DNA of 64,000 bases from a virus (IMGVR_UViG_650377940_000003:23323-87322); one strand, 5' to 3'; counted from the first letter of the stretch, positions 48,039 to 58,534 are shown. Numbers and translations are program-made. Notes: generated by a model from the sequence alone, not told the origin.

Positions 48039-48272
48039 ATGGAACGGAATTGGAAACTTGGTGACGATATGGTTGTGAGCGACAATCTTCTGGATGGTAT
48101 CACGTTTGATGATTTGATTCTGACAGTGCATTGCAACTGTCCCAAAATTACAGAACAGGCTGTAAAAAAAGAGCTGAAAGAAATTCTTGCGATTCGTATG
48201 CAGGATATGGAATTTTTACTCGAAAACAATATCGACAAGATAATTGATATGGCAAGTAAAAACAGAGAATAA
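48039..48272 (+). CDS. Hypothetical protein
   Basis: 77-aa ORF directly after the promoter. Confidence 0.6.
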   Translation: MERNWKLGDDMVVSDNLLDGITFDDLILTVHCNCPKITEQAVKKELKEILAIRMQDMEFLLENNIDKIIDMASKNRE

Positions 48273-48278
48273 GGAGAT

Positions 48279-48782
48279 GTGAGTATGAAATGCAATAACT
48301 ATAATTACGAGAATTTTCACTACACAAGTGATAGTTGCCTGATTCTTATGAGTGAGGTTCGTTATAAGAAAAATGATTTTGGGGAGATGGTTCTTGTACC
48401 GGAAGAAACAAAGGAAGAAGTGGTTTCGTCTACGTTTTACACAAACTACATTACAGCAATTCCGTTCTTTGATGATGATTTCTTTGGTCCTCATGCTTCT
48501 TGTGAAGCTGAATGGGATAGAACACCGGCAGGAGCTGTGCCTACTGTAATAACGACAATCAATGGCGCAGGTGACGAAAAGATTGTTGCAACATTTACAT
48601 TCCTTAGCAAAAGTAATCTTTTGAATACTGCTGGTTGGCGTGAAAAGGAAATTGTCAAGAATGCAAAATACTTTCACATCGAAAAAGCTGATGGTGCAGA
48701 TATGATTTATTTCTACACCGAAAGTGATGGCGATACGTCAGAGGGTATTTTTGACACTAAGAGATCTATTTGGAGGGGGTAA
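48279..48782 (+). CDS. Hypothetical protein
   Basis: 167-aa ORF with RBS. Confidence 0.6.
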   Translation: MSMKCNNYNYENFHYTSDSCLILMSEVRYKKNDFGEMVLVPEETKEEVVSSTFYTNYITAIPFFDDDFFGPHASCEAEWDRTPAGAVPTVITTINGAGDEKIVATFTFLSKSNLLNTAGWREKEIVKNAKYFHIEKADGADMIYFYTESDGDTSEGIFDTKRSIWRG

Positions 48783-48924
48783 ACGATGACTGATGTTCAG
48801 AAAAAGATGTGGGATGCACTGGTTAAAATGTCTGGTGAGGACGTTGCAAGATTATTTGTAAATTGGTGTGGAGAACAAATTCTGGATGATGATTTCTATA
48901 AAAATATGATTGATGAGGGAGTGA

Positions 48925-49365
48925 TTGAAAATGAAGAATGATTTTTACTGGAACAGGAACTATATGACTATTGCAAAAAGTATTAACGAAAAGCACCGTA
49001 CAAAAATTATAATACATAAAAATTGGCAGTGGTATTTAGCTGAATTTGATTCATTGGAACAACTGCATTTCTTTGAAAACGTAGTTGGATTCAGAACTTG
49101 CTATCTTGGAATGGAAAATGGAATCGCAAGATTTTCTTTGAGTCATGAGTTTGAAGAAGAAAAATATTTCTGGAAATTGTCTGAACTTCCGGCTGGTGTA
49201 AAACCGATTAAAGCATTATGTAATGGTAGTATTGTTACTTGCTATTTTTTGAATGATGGGAAAATTATTCATTGGTATCGTCCGAATCCTAATGCAAGGA
49301 ATGTTTATAAACCAATGACGTTGCAACAGCATATTAGGCATCATGAAGTGTTTGGTTCATATTGA
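48925..49365 (+). CDS. Hypothetical protein
   Basis: 146-aa ORF. Confidence 0.55.
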   Translation: MKMKNDFYWNRNYMTIAKSINEKHRTKIIIHKNWQWYLAEFDSLEQLHFFENVVGFRTCYLGMENGIARFSLSHEFEEEKYFWKLSELPAGVKPIKALCNGSIVTCYFLNDGKIIHWYRPNPNARNVYKPMTLQQHIRHHEVFGSY

Positions 49366-49634
49366 AGAACAGGAAAATCAGGAAGGTGAAAACTTTGATT
49401 ATTGATTCTATTCTTGACCGTAAGGACGGCAAACACTACAGTGCACATGATTTCTATAATGAGGTCAGGAAATATGAGCGTCTAGGTGTTGGTACGCACG
49501 GAGAAGATATTTCTATCGCGATGGACTACGGTGACAACCGTGATGTCCAACGTGTTATGTGTCAGTACATCCAGCGCAATGGATACCCGGCAGACATTGA
49601 GGACTACATAAGAAGTCAGATTTGGGTAGTGTGA
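49362..49634 (+). CDS. Hypothetical protein
   Basis: 90-aa ORF. Confidence 0.55.
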   Translation: MKNRKIRKVKTLIIDSILDRKDGKHYSAHDFYNEVRKYERLGVGTHGEDISIAMDYGDNRDVQRVMCQYIQRNGYPADIEDYIRSQIWVV

Positions 49635-49918
49635 GCAGTAGATGCTAGGTGATTAGCGGTACTAGGGCAGACATAACCGCTACCAGAATGCGAAAACACA
49701 AAAATATTAAAAGGAGTGTTAGGTATGAAATATTTGAGTGCAAAAAAGTTTTCAAGGGACGCACATCCATCAATCCATTACACCGGCAGCGTCCGAGGTA
49801 TGAAAAAGCTTGGATTATGGGGAAAACATGATAAATGTGTTCGTTGTGGTAATTATATTTATAATTTATCTATCTGGATTGGTGGATACGATTTTTGGCA
49901 TTAAAAGGAGCGATTGAT

Positions 49919-50134
49919 ATGGAAACAATGTACGACCGCATTAAGCGAATGGATAAGCATGAGCTTGCTGAGTTTATCTATGTTGTTTATCAAGCTGGTG
50001 TTAAAGATGGTGAACAGAATCTTTGTGATTCTCCTGCTGGATTTTTTGGTTGCGGTTACTTCCTTAATGATAATGCAAAAGTATGGATGCCGAATGATAA
50101 GCCAGAAGATCTTTATGATGCTTTTTATATTTAA
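49919..50134 (+). CDS. Hypothetical protein
   Basis: ATG at 49919 after AGGAG. Confidence 0.55.
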   Translation: METMYDRIKRMDKHELAEFIYVVYQAGVKDGEQNLCDSPAGFFGCGYFLNDNAKVWMPNDKPEDLYDAFYI

Positions 50135-50155
50135 ATATTAAAAGGAGTGTTTAAT

Positions 50156-50395
50156 ATGAAGCGTTTCACCTTGTATGACATTCGCACCGTTGATGATGGT
50201 TGCGGTGTACAGGTTTGTAAGTCAGAGCGATACGATTCCATTGTTTTGCTTGATTCTGATGATTCCAAGAAGAAACTGGGTGAATTTGATACGATTGGAG
50301 AGTTGAAGGAGCTCCTTTATAAGTTTGGCTTACAGTCTTCTTTAGAGAATATCTTAGATGATATTGAAGCGGAAGAAGATTATTATGAGGATTAA
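50156..50395 (+). CDS. Hypothetical acidic protein
   Basis: ATG at 50156 after AGGAG. Confidence 0.55.
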   Translation: MKRFTLYDIRTVDDGCGVQVCKSERYDSIVLLDSDDSKKKLGEFDTIGELKELLYKFGLQSSLENILDDIEAEEDYYED

Positions 50396-50423
50396 AAATC
50401 ATGCTTTTATAGGAGATGAAAAT

Positions 50424-50729
50424 ATGAAAACTGTATATGTTATTGCCGTAAAGCATTTATTCGACTACGAAGGAAACACTCTTAATCGTTGGGAGTATGT
50501 TCAATTTGGTGAGTGTGGGTACACATTTTTTACTGAATCCGTTGATGGTGCGCAGCACTTTTATTCTATTGATAAGGCTCAAAAATGGTTTGATGAAATC
50601 GGTCATGGACTTATCTTTTACGGAAATTGTAAAGGTCAGTATGATTTGGAGTCTCTTTGTATTAAGAGCGTTGTTTTCCGAGACCCTATTGTGAATTTTG
50701 TAAGAGATTTGGATTTCAAAAACTGCTAA
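50424..50729 (+). CDS. Hypothetical protein
   Basis: ATG at 50424 after AGGAG; bracketed by (T/A)AAAA-N6-TTTTA motifs. Confidence 0.6.
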   Translation: MKTVYVIAVKHLFDYEGNTLNRWEYVQFGECGYTFFTESVDGAQHFYSIDKAQKWFDEIGHGLIFYGNCKGQYDLESLCIKSVVFRDPIVNFVRDLDFKNC

Positions 50730-50762
50730 AACAGATATTTTACAATGATTGAGGTGATAAAT

Positions 50763-50996
50763 ATGACTGAAAAAGATAAGCGTGTTTTGAAGTATGCGAT
50801 TGATAATTTGATTGCAAGAGAAAATAACTTGTGCGAAGGATCTTGTAAAAACAATCCAGTACATAGAGCAGAACGTGAACGAGATCGTGATTTGATTATC
50901 TTTGGCATTCGTGATGTTTTGTGCGAGGTTGAGCGTCTTGAAGAACAAGAGAAAGAGATGCTGGAAAAGGCAAAACATGAAGTGGTTCAGTTTTGA
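50763..50996 (+). CDS. Hypothetical protein
   Basis: ATG at 50763 after GAGGTG. Confidence 0.55.
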   Translation: MTEKDKRVLKYAIDNLIARENNLCEGSCKNNPVHRAERERDRDLIIFGIRDVLCEVERLEEQEKEMLEKAKHEVVQF

Positions 50997-51011
50997 TTGA
51001 GGTAATAGAAA

Positions 51012-51320
51012 ATGTATACTAGCGAAACTGTAAAACAAGTTACCGATTGGATGATTAACAGTATTTCTGACTGGATGGTCGAAAGTGGAACAAGAAGCAC
51101 CACAGAAGGTAATTGGATCATCTATATTTACGAGATCACCAGAAAATTCAATGTAACAAAAAACTGGGTTACGGCATTCCGTGACGAGATTGTAGATGCT
51201 CTTTATAAACACGAAGCGGTTGCAGATGTGCTCTATGATTTTTCTCCTGATGGCACTGTGGAGGATTTCGACATTGATTTTTATTTAAGTTTTTGCCAGA
51301 ACCTGAGCGATGAAAATTGA
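51012..51320 (+). CDS. Hypothetical protein, paralog of N-terminal part of 55609..56103
   Basis: ITRKFNVTKNWV vs LTEKFGVTKQWV; FCQN vs FCPN. Confidence 0.6.
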   Translation: MYTSETVKQVTDWMINSISDWMVESGTRSTTEGNWIIYIYEITRKFNVTKNWVTAFRDEIVDALYKHEAVADVLYDFSPDGTVEDFDIDFYLSFCQNLSDEN

Positions 51321-51463
51321 GGTGATAGAAATGGATACTAACATAAACCATCTTAACAGTAGAAAAGAATACATGGAGCTTGTTCATCACAATTCTAGTC
51401 CGTTTGATTTTTGGGAAGAAGTGCGAAAATTTCACAAGGAACGTGAGCAGGAGGAAAAAGAAC

Positions 51464-51649
51464 ATGACCAACATTGAAAAGAATATTATTCTCGCAGCTC
51501 TTTCTTCTTATCGGCGCAAGCTGATGGATCAGAGTGTTTCATTCCTTAGAGCTGGTAACCATGAGGATGCAAAGCAGTCAACGATGGAAGCAGCCAATGT
51601 GAATGCACTGGTGATTAAGTTCACAAGAGAAAAGGAGTTTGCAATATGA
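51464..51649 (+). CDS. Hypothetical protein
   Basis: ATG at 51464 after GGAGG. Confidence 0.55.
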   Translation: MTNIEKNIILAALSSYRRKLMDQSVSFLRAGNHEDAKQSTMEAANVNALVIKFTREKEFAI

Positions 51650-51933
51650 GAAACCTGTCTAAACAGAGCCGTAAGAAAATTTTTGATTTGATCAAACGTG
51701 ATTGCACATTTGTTGGCTCTTACGATTTGGAACATTCTGAAGAAAGTGTTTTGACTTATCTCCCGAAGCCAGGCACACAGATTCACAAAGATGTTGAAGA
51801 GGTTCGTGTCATAAAGAACCGCAAGACTGGAAACTGGGTTGAATCCGTTGTTGATGTGCGTTGGTATTACGGTATGACTTGCGCTGATGCAGAGATGATT
51901 GAACGCAAATATCAGTGCAAATCTAACAAGTGA
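51646..51933 (+). CDS. Hypothetical protein
   Basis: ATGA overlap with the previous ORF. Confidence 0.55.
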   Translation: MRNLSKQSRKKIFDLIKRDCTFVGSYDLEHSEESVLTYLPKPGTQIHKDVEEVRVIKNRKTGNWVESVVDVRWYYGMTCADAEMIERKYQCKSNK

Positions 51934-51944
51934 GGGTGTGGAAT

Positions 51945-52265
51945 ATGAATAGCAAAAATAAGATTGTTGTTACTAGCTGGAATGGTAAGTCTTGGGAAAT
52001 GACACCTGAACAGATTGAAGCAGCGTACCGTTACAAAGAGCATCAGTATCGTATTGAAGATGCAGAGAATCAGCTTGATGGCAATGCTGATTGGATTGAG
52101 GAAGAATACGGTTATTCTCACGATGAGATTATGGATTTTGCTGACGAATTAGCAGAACGATTCGAGGATAAATTTGATTGCAATGTATCAGAAAATGATG
52201 ATTGGGTAGCACGTATCATAGAGATGTTTGACGCCGCAGGTAGAAAGGAGAGCAACGATGACTGA
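51945..52265 (+). CDS. Hypothetical acidic protein
   Basis: ATG at 51945. Confidence 0.55.
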   Translation: MNSKNKIVVTSWNGKSWEMTPEQIEAAYRYKEHQYRIEDAENQLDGNADWIEEEYGYSHDEIMDFADELAERFEDKFDCNVSENDDWVARIIEMFDAAGRKESNDD

Positions 52266-52494
52266 TCCTTGCCGTTATTGTGTAGCACCGGAGCGTTATC
52301 CTGGTTGCCACGACCATTGCGAAAAGTTAAAAGCCCATCGTGAAAGTGATGAGTATAAAAAGCTGTGCGAATATAAGAATACATACCTGAAAAGTCATTC
52401 GACAGCAAGCTCTACTCAGATCAACAAAGCGATGCGGTATTTCAAATATAAAGGTTATAGCCTTTATGGATTCAAGAATGTAGGGAGTGTTTGA
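52258..52494 (+). CDS. Small Cys/His-rich protein
   Basis: PCRYC...GCHDHC motif; AGGAG RBS. Confidence 0.6.
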   Translation: MTDPCRYCVAPERYPGCHDHCEKLKAHRESDEYKKLCEYKNTYLKSHSTASSTQINKAMRYFKYKGYSLYGFKNVGSV

Positions 52495-52668
52495 TATGAG
52501 AGAAAGATACGATGAAGTATTAGAGGGCTATACCATACTTGAAGATGAATTAAAAGAAGAATCGGAATTTGATCGGTTGATGGAGAGTTCGTATCAAAAG
52601 TGGCTTGATACACTTGATGAAAGAGTAAGCGATTCATTAAGAATAATGGATATGGAGGTTTAATAAAA

Positions 52669-53181
52669 ATGAAAGAATTTGAAGGTTTTATTTTTCCTAA
52701 CGGAAGAATTGTAGCGATTCCTGAAGAGGAATATATGGCAGCTATCGAAGCGGGAAAAGAAATTCTTGTGTTTTGTGGTGGATGGGCTGGTGGATACGCT
52801 AGAGCGTTTGGTGCAGATAAGGAACAGGATATTTATGAGCCTGATAAAACTTGTTACATGGTCTATTCGTATGATGTTATGGATAAGACCTTTACGCCAG
52901 AAGATATGAAGCGGTTCGCTAAAGTGATTGTCACAGATGGTATCCGTGTGTACATGAAAACAGGTGAGTCGGCCAGTGATTATTGTTCTGGAACCTTCTG
53001 TGACTGTGATACGAAAGACAGGCTCGAAGAACATTACCCTGACACTTGTAGCAACGATATTGAACAATACGATTTCAGTGATTGTCGGACAGTTGATTTT
53101 GATATGACGGTTCGTATGCTAGGCGCAGATGATAAAGATTATGAAGGTATGGTAAAGATGCTCAAGGAGATTTTGAGGTGA
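52669..53181 (+). CDS. Hypothetical protein
   Basis: 170-aa ORF; GGAGG RBS. Confidence 0.6.
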   Translation: MKEFEGFIFPNGRIVAIPEEEYMAAIEAGKEILVFCGGWAGGYARAFGADKEQDIYEPDKTCYMVYSYDVMDKTFTPEDMKRFAKVIVTDGIRVYMKTGESASDYCSGTFCDCDTKDRLEEHYPDTCSNDIEQYDFSDCRTVDFDMTVRMLGADDKDYEGMVKMLKEILR

Positions 53182-53185
53182 TAAA

Positions 53186-53407
53186 ATGTGGGATTTAGTT
53201 GAAAATGAATATTCTAAAAAATATGGAATTGGGTGCGCAACCTTTTTTCGTGACAAACAATTAAAAACAGCAATGGTTATGTATAAATATAATGGCCGTA
53301 GCGTTATGTTTTGCTATTCCGAGTACGATAATAAGATTCTATCTGACGGTGATAAAGACGAAATTGAGATGACAATCAAAAAGAATCTCAACTTTTGGGA
53401 GGATTAA
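53186..53407 (+). CDS. MWDL-family small protein 1
   Basis: Paralog of the next ORF. Confidence 0.6.
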   Translation: MWDLVENEYSKKYGIGCATFFRDKQLKTAMVMYKYNGRSVMFCYSEYDNKILSDGDKDEIEMTIKKNLNFWED

Positions 53408-53409
53408 CT

Positions 53410-53646
53410 ATGTGGGATTTAATGGGTAACAATTATTCAGAAGTATACGGTATTGGATATGCTTTACTGAATGGAATTTCAGCTGGATTTTATGTGAGTG
53501 TCATGTACAAGGATCTTGGAGATGAAATTTACTTCTATTATCTTGATAATGCTCCTTACGGAGAACTTGATGATAATACCAAAAATAAAATTGAGGATAT
53601 TATCCGTGATGACCTTAACAAGCGTCATATTTTTGGGGAGGACTGA
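53410..53646 (+). CDS. MWDL-family small protein 2
   Basis: ATG at 53410 after GGAGG. Confidence 0.6.
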   Translation: MWDLMGNNYSEVYGIGYALLNGISAGFYVSVMYKDLGDEIYFYYLDNAPYGELDDNTKNKIEDIIRDDLNKRHIFGED

Positions 53647-53648
53647 TT

Positions 53649-53897
53649 ATGTGGGACCTGAGGGAAGTTCACGCTTGTTTTGATGGTGAAGGCTGGGTTT
53701 GGAATGAATCTTTCCATCACAAGAATGTGTTCGTAGACGCGAATGAAGATCCGAAAGAAATCTTTTGGCAGGAATGTCAGATGTTCTTTCTTCAGGATTA
53801 TCTAAGCAAGTGTGAAATCGTGGATGACGGCGATATTCTGGAGCTTCAGTTGAAAGATTCCGGTGAACCGGTTCTTGCTATGATGATTGCAGAGTAA
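53649..53897 (+). CDS. MWDL-start small protein 3
   Basis: GGAGG RBS; shares only the start with the two preceding genes. Confidence 0.6.
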   Translation: MWDLREVHACFDGEGWVWNESFHHKNVFVDANEDPKEIFWQECQMFFLQDYLSKCEIVDDGDILELQLKDSGEPVLAMMIAE

Positions 53898-53910
53898 AGG
53901 AGAATAAATT

Positions 53911-54231
53911 ATGAAAATTCACCCTAAATATATTGATGTTTTGGAATCGCTGGATTGGCGCGTATGTGACTATACAGGTGATGGCAGAGTTGAAATTGAA
54001 AATTATTCTCCAGCAGGAGAGGACTTAATCGTTTGTGTGGAGGTTGAAAATTTTCCTGAATCAGTTTATGAGTATGCCTGTGATTTTGATGCTGATGAGC
54101 ACGCAGAGATGTGGGTGGGACATCGTGGGGAAAGAGGTTGTCCTTCTAGTGTCAGAGAACTTATTGACGATGCTGATGCTATTAAAGAAATGTTGGAAGA
54201 ATTAGCTAATAGACTTATGGAGGTGGAATAA
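53911..54231 (+). CDS. Hypothetical acidic protein
   Basis: AAGGAG RBS. Confidence 0.6.
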   Translation: MKIHPKYIDVLESLDWRVCDYTGDGRVEIENYSPAGEDLIVCVEVENFPESVYEYACDFDADEHAEMWVGHRGERGCPSSVRELIDDADAIKEMLEELANRLMEVE

Positions 54232-54234
54232 ATT

Positions 54235-54507
54235 ATGACTCGTTTTTATCTTAATGCGGGTGCTCTTGGCCGTTGGATGCACCAGAATAAAGCACAACAC
54301 ACTGGTGCTTATGTTGAAGGTGTTTTGGTCGATAGCTTTGTTGTCGAAACAAAGCGTGGTGTTGCAGCTATCTATGAACACTACCTGAATGAGTGGACAA
54401 GCAACTATTATGTTGAGTTCACCGATTACAAGAACGGTTTTAAGAATGGAGAGGTCGATAAGATTTGGTCTGATTGGTACGCTTTTGAAGAAAAGGCAAG
54501 CGCATAA
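54235..54507 (+). CDS. Hypothetical protein
   Basis: GGAGG RBS. Confidence 0.6.
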   Translation: MTRFYLNAGALGRWMHQNKAQHTGAYVEGVLVDSFVVETKRGVAAIYEHYLNEWTSNYYVEFTDYKNGFKNGEVDKIWSDWYAFEEKASA

Positions 54508-54514
54508 GAGGTGA

Positions 54515-54706
54515 ATGGATATGAGCGACACTGAAAAGATTATCAATGCGTTAAAAGATGAATATTCTTATTGGCAGAATACCGCTTATAAAGCACAAAA
54601 AGAAGGCAATGAAGAGAGAACGATATGGTATTATGGCAAAGCAACAGGAATAAAAAAATCTATCGAAACAATCAAAAAAATGAAGGATTACGGAATCATT
54701 TTATAA
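54515..54706 (+). CDS. Hypothetical protein
   Basis: GAGGTG RBS. Confidence 0.5.
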   Translation: MDMSDTEKIINALKDEYSYWQNTAYKAQKEGNEERTIWYYGKATGIKKSIETIKKMKDYGIIL

Positions 54707-54722
54707 AAGGGAGATTTTAGAT

Positions 54723-55589
54723 ATGGAAAACCTGTATTGCTATGATAATGAAATCATAAAGTGGACTTACGGCGACAATCTGTACTGCTTACATATTCAG
54801 CACGATGACATTGCAGACAATAATCCTCGCTGGTGGGATGATCATGATTCTGTAATGGCTTGTTTTCATCCTCGTTATCATCTTGGTGATAAGATCGATG
54901 CGAGTACGGCAGAAGATTTTTGGAATAATCTTGTTTACGAGTATTGCTCCGATGAAGAAGTTTTAGATGCACTTTTTAACATGAAGTTGGAAGATACCTG
55001 TGCCATTGTTGATGAAAATTATAGTGACGAAAAACGATACGCCATCTGTGGTATCGGAACTCTTTTTGATGAAAAAGTTTCTGTAAATCCAATGTATGTT
55101 GGTCTGAAGTATAACGAAATCGTTATTTATGTCCATGGTGAATTGTCTATTCGTGATTGTCAGATTCTTCTTGATAAGCATATTGCATGGCTTCCTCTTT
55201 GGCTGCATGACCATTCTGATTTGTCTATGGATTGCGATACGCGGTTCAGAGGTTCATGGGATGATAGTAATGTTGGCTGGATTGTAACAGCTATTACGGA
55301 TGGTTTGGATAATACCAAAAATGAAGCAGAACGAATCATGCGTGATGAGGTGAAGGAATACAGTGACTATCTTTCTGGTGAGAACTATGGCTATACGCTT
55401 TATCGAGAAGAGCACGGAGAATGGAAAGAGATTGATAGAGCATTCGGTTTTATCGGTTCTGACGTGTTTGAAAACGGTATCACATATAGCGTTGGTTGTG
55501 GCCTTGAAACAGCATTAAAGGAAGATCGATGCCGTATTGGTGACGCTGAGAAAGTCGTTACCGTCACTTATAACTTTGATAAATGTTGA
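54723..55589 (+). CDS. Conserved phage/ICE hypothetical protein (PLWLHDHS...WD...VGWI...EV..Y..YL.GE.YGY family)
   Basis: 288 aa; motif pattern familiar from mobile-element early regions; function unknown to me. Confidence 0.65.
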   Translation: MENLYCYDNEIIKWTYGDNLYCLHIQHDDIADNNPRWWDDHDSVMACFHPRYHLGDKIDASTAEDFWNNLVYEYCSDEEVLDALFNMKLEDTCAIVDENYSDEKRYAICGIGTLFDEKVSVNPMYVGLKYNEIVIYVHGELSIRDCQILLDKHIAWLPLWLHDHSDLSMDCDTRFRGSWDDSNVGWIVTAITDGLDNTKNEAERIMRDEVKEYSDYLSGENYGYTLYREEHGEWKEIDRAFGFIGSDVFENGITYSVGCGLETALKEDRCRIGDAEKVVTVTYNFDKC

Positions 55590-55608
55590 ATTTTAGGAGG
55601 AAGATATC

Positions 55609-56103
55609 ATGGATGACAATATGATGGAACGTCAGATTGCTGATTATATGGTGAAATACGGCACTGAGAATACAAACTATGGAATGTGGTCATTTGAAGT
55701 AGATGAGTTGACAGAGAAGTTTGGCGTAACAAAACAATGGGTACAAGAACACAGTGATGGAATTCTTAGCGAGTTATATCTTCGACAAGAAGTAGAAGAT
55801 GTTGAACGGCAGTTTGGCGGAAGTGATTTTCATCTCGAAAATATTTTTATTTGGTATTTTACCGATTTTTGCCCTAACTACATTGAAGACGAACAGGAAA
55901 AAGATGATGGTGTAGATCAATATTGGTTTGCACCAACGTGTTGGTGTACTGATGATGTTATCGAAGCAGCAAAACGGAACGGGATTGTGTTGACTCCGCA
56001 ACAGGCTGAACAGTGGTGGCAGAAGAACGAAAAGTGGTTCAAGGATACTCTTACTGAATACGGTAATGAGATTCTTTTCAATGCGAATTTTAGTGAGGTG
56101 TAA
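55609..56103 (+). CDS. Hypothetical two-module protein
   Basis: N-terminal part paralogous to 51012..51320. Confidence 0.6.
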   Translation: MDDNMMERQIADYMVKYGTENTNYGMWSFEVDELTEKFGVTKQWVQEHSDGILSELYLRQEVEDVERQFGGSDFHLENIFIWYFTDFCPNYIEDEQEKDDGVDQYWFAPTCWCTDDVIEAAKRNGIVLTPQQAEQWWQKNEKWFKDTLTEYGNEILFNANFSEV

Positions 56104-56118
56104 AAGGAGAGTTTTATT

Positions 56119-56277
56119 ATGAAGTATCAGGTAACTGTAGCTCGTACTGGCTATGTTGAAATTGAAGCCGATAATGAGCAAGAAGCGATGGATATTGTTG
56201 CAAACGATATGAATTCAAAAGATATTGAATGGACGTGTGATTTTACAGTAACGGATTGTGAAGAAAGTGAGGAATAA
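56119..56277 (+). CDS. Small DpnD/PcfM-like protein (52 aa)
   Basis: MKYQVTVARTGYVEIEADNEQEAMDIV pattern; manual translation. Confidence 0.5.
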   Translation: MKYQVTVARTGYVEIEADNEQEAMDIVANDMNSKDIEWTCDFTVTDCEESEE

Positions 56278-56280
56278 ATT

Positions 56281-56844
56281 ATGGCTATCGTAAATGGATT
56301 TGATACTAAGGAACTGCGATATATCCTCTTTGGTGATAGAGGCTATGAGATATACAAGGAAAACGATTTTTACTACCTAAGTAATGGATATGTTCTTGTA
56401 AAATGCGATTTTGATGTTATCGTAAAAACGTTAGCAGATTTGCCAGAGTTAAAGATTCCTAATAACGGATATGGTTACAAGTTTAATGAAGAAGATGGCT
56501 GGTCTAATTCTGATATTACAATGCTCCACAAATATTTTGAATACGTAAATCCTAGTCGTTGTTCATATTGGGAAAAATTTCATGATGTAAAAGAGTTTAG
56601 ACGAATTCAACACAAAGAAATCAGAGGTTGTTGTGAATATAGTTATCCGTGTATCGTTTGCGAGATGGATAATAAAAATAAGGCTTTACTAAATGAGAAG
56701 TATACAAATATTCTAGCAAAAGCGAAAAAATGGGGTTGGTTTGCAGAGTGCAAGGATAGTTTAAGCTGCGTTCACTTTATGAATAAACAGAACACTCTTG
56801 AAGCATGGATTTGCCCGATTCGTTACAAAGAAGGTGCTATCTAA
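56281..56844 (+). CDS. Hypothetical protein
   Basis: 187-aa ORF; GAGG RBS. Confidence 0.6.
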   Translation: MAIVNGFDTKELRYILFGDRGYEIYKENDFYYLSNGYVLVKCDFDVIVKTLADLPELKIPNNGYGYKFNEEDGWSNSDITMLHKYFEYVNPSRCSYWEKFHDVKEFRRIQHKEIRGCCEYSYPCIVCEMDNKNKALLNEKYTNILAKAKKWGWFAECKDSLSCVHFMNKQNTLEAWICPIRYKEGAI

Positions 56845-57243
56845 TGTTCTATCATCTTGAATATTCAGTTAGACACTTTATGTACGGCGATACATATAGA
56901 GGGCATGAAATCTATCCCACAAAAGAGCTGCGTGATGCAGAGATTGATTGGATGAAAACGTGTTACAGCAAGCCGACAGAACTTGTCTATACAACATATG
57001 AAACCGAAACACTCAGTGAAGATAAGATAATAATATAATGAGGAATTAAGGGAGTGAGAGTTATGATTATCCAAAATTGCGGATGGAATCATTCAGTGGA
57101 CGAAGTTAAGGAAGCTCTTGATACACTTTCATATTGGTTAAGAGAAGGTGTGACAGTTGGGATTTTTAATGAAGAAACCAACAAATGTGAGTTACTAAAA
57201 CCTTTTGATTCAGAAAAATCTTTTATTTTGGGGGCATTAACTT

Positions 57244-57537
57244 ATGACGGCACGTGAGATTGCAGAAGATTTTATTTCTAAGATGAATCCGTCTAGGTGG
57301 GCTGGCGTAGGTCAAAAACCTGATAACTTTGACACTAGAATTAAAACATACACCATTGATGGTTTTTATGAATATGAGCTTGATGTTTCATATGATGAAG
57401 ATGAGCTTGGTTACGTTGTTATGCTTGAAATAAGATGGGCAGACGATGGAGAGTTAATTTACGTTCTTGACACTCAAAGGGTTAATTCTGAAGATGCAAT
57501 CGAATACTCAATCAATTCTCTTATTGATAATCTTTAA
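57244..57537 (+). CDS. Hypothetical protein
   Basis: 97-aa ORF. Confidence 0.55.
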   Translation: MTAREIAEDFISKMNPSRWAGVGQKPDNFDTRIKTYTIDGFYEYELDVSYDEDELGYVVMLEIRWADDGELIYVLDTQRVNSEDAIEYSINSLIDNL

Positions 57538-57757
57538 TAGAATAATATAAAGGAGAATGAATATGACAAAATTTGAGAAACAGACGGTTATTAACGCATT
57601 GCATTTTTATAGCGAATATTGTTGCAACCACAGTGAAAAATCTGCGAATATGATAGCACAGAAATGTACGGCTGAAGGATTGCTTTATACGTTTCAATCT
57701 ATTCTGGACGAAAAGGCAGGAAGTGTAAAAATCTAAATAGAATCGAGGTTTTAGAAA

Positions 57758-57958
57758 ATGGAACGAACTATGAACGATAAACTTATGGAAGCAGCACAGG
57801 TTCTTATTGAAAATGGAATGAGTGCAGATGATGCGTATGTTGCTTTGCAGGCGCAGTGTTATATCCTTTTGAATATAGAGACTGATGATTACATCTCGCA
57901 AGAAGATTACGATGAACTGGAAGAATACGAGCAACAATTGAATAAAAAGGGAATGTGA
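57758..57958 (+). CDS. Hypothetical protein
   Basis: GAGG RBS inside a TAGAA-N6-TTTTA motif. Confidence 0.55.
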   Translation: MERTMNDKLMEAAQVLIENGMSADDAYVALQAQCYILLNIETDDYISQEDYDELEEYEQQLNKKGM

Positions 57959-58182
57959 CCATGATTACAGTTGTTTATGACGATACGATGTGTAATGGGC
58001 CTTACCGTGTAGAGCACAAAACAATGGAAGATGCGGTAGAGTCTGTTAATAATGATTTTGAAAGTCTGATGAAAGAACTGCGAGATGAAGGCTATGAACC
58101 TGAATGGATTCGTGACGGCCATCATATGCTTGAGGTTTATGTTCCGAATACGTCTATTAACGCATGGTGGGATTTTGAGTAA
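57955..58182 (+). CDS. Hypothetical protein
   Basis: Coupled to the previous ORF. Confidence 0.55.
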   Translation: MTMITVVYDDTMCNGPYRVEHKTMEDAVESVNNDFESLMKELRDEGYEPEWIRDGHHMLEVYVPNTSINAWWDFE

Positions 58183-58193
58183 GGAGAATTGAA

Positions 58194-58532
58194 ATGAAAA
58201 TCAAACTTGAAATCGAAAATGATTGTGGGCTCTTTAAAGCAAACAATAATGAAGAACCTGATCGATTGAAAATCTATGATAGTAATGGCGAGTATACCGA
58301 ATATATAGATGTAAGCGATGTTATTACAGAGGAAATGGATGATCTTTATTTGGCTGCAACAAATAAGGATTCACATTATGTAGCTACTCGCTTGGCAAAA
58401 CTACTTTACAATCAAGGGTCTGAGATTGTAGGCGTTATTGATAATGCAGATTTCGGCCACCTCTATGAATTGTATGGGGAAGAATTTGTGAATCGTATTG
58501 GAAACTGTGCTTTGGTATTTAAGGAGGTTTAA
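58194..58532 (+). CDS. Hypothetical protein
   Basis: AAGGAG RBS. Confidence 0.55.
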   Translation: MKIKLEIENDCGLFKANNNEEPDRLKIYDSNGEYTEYIDVSDVITEEMDDLYLAATNKDSHYVATRLAKLLYNQGSEIVGVIDNADFGHLYELYGEEFVNRIGNCALVFKEV

Positions 58533-58534
58533 AA

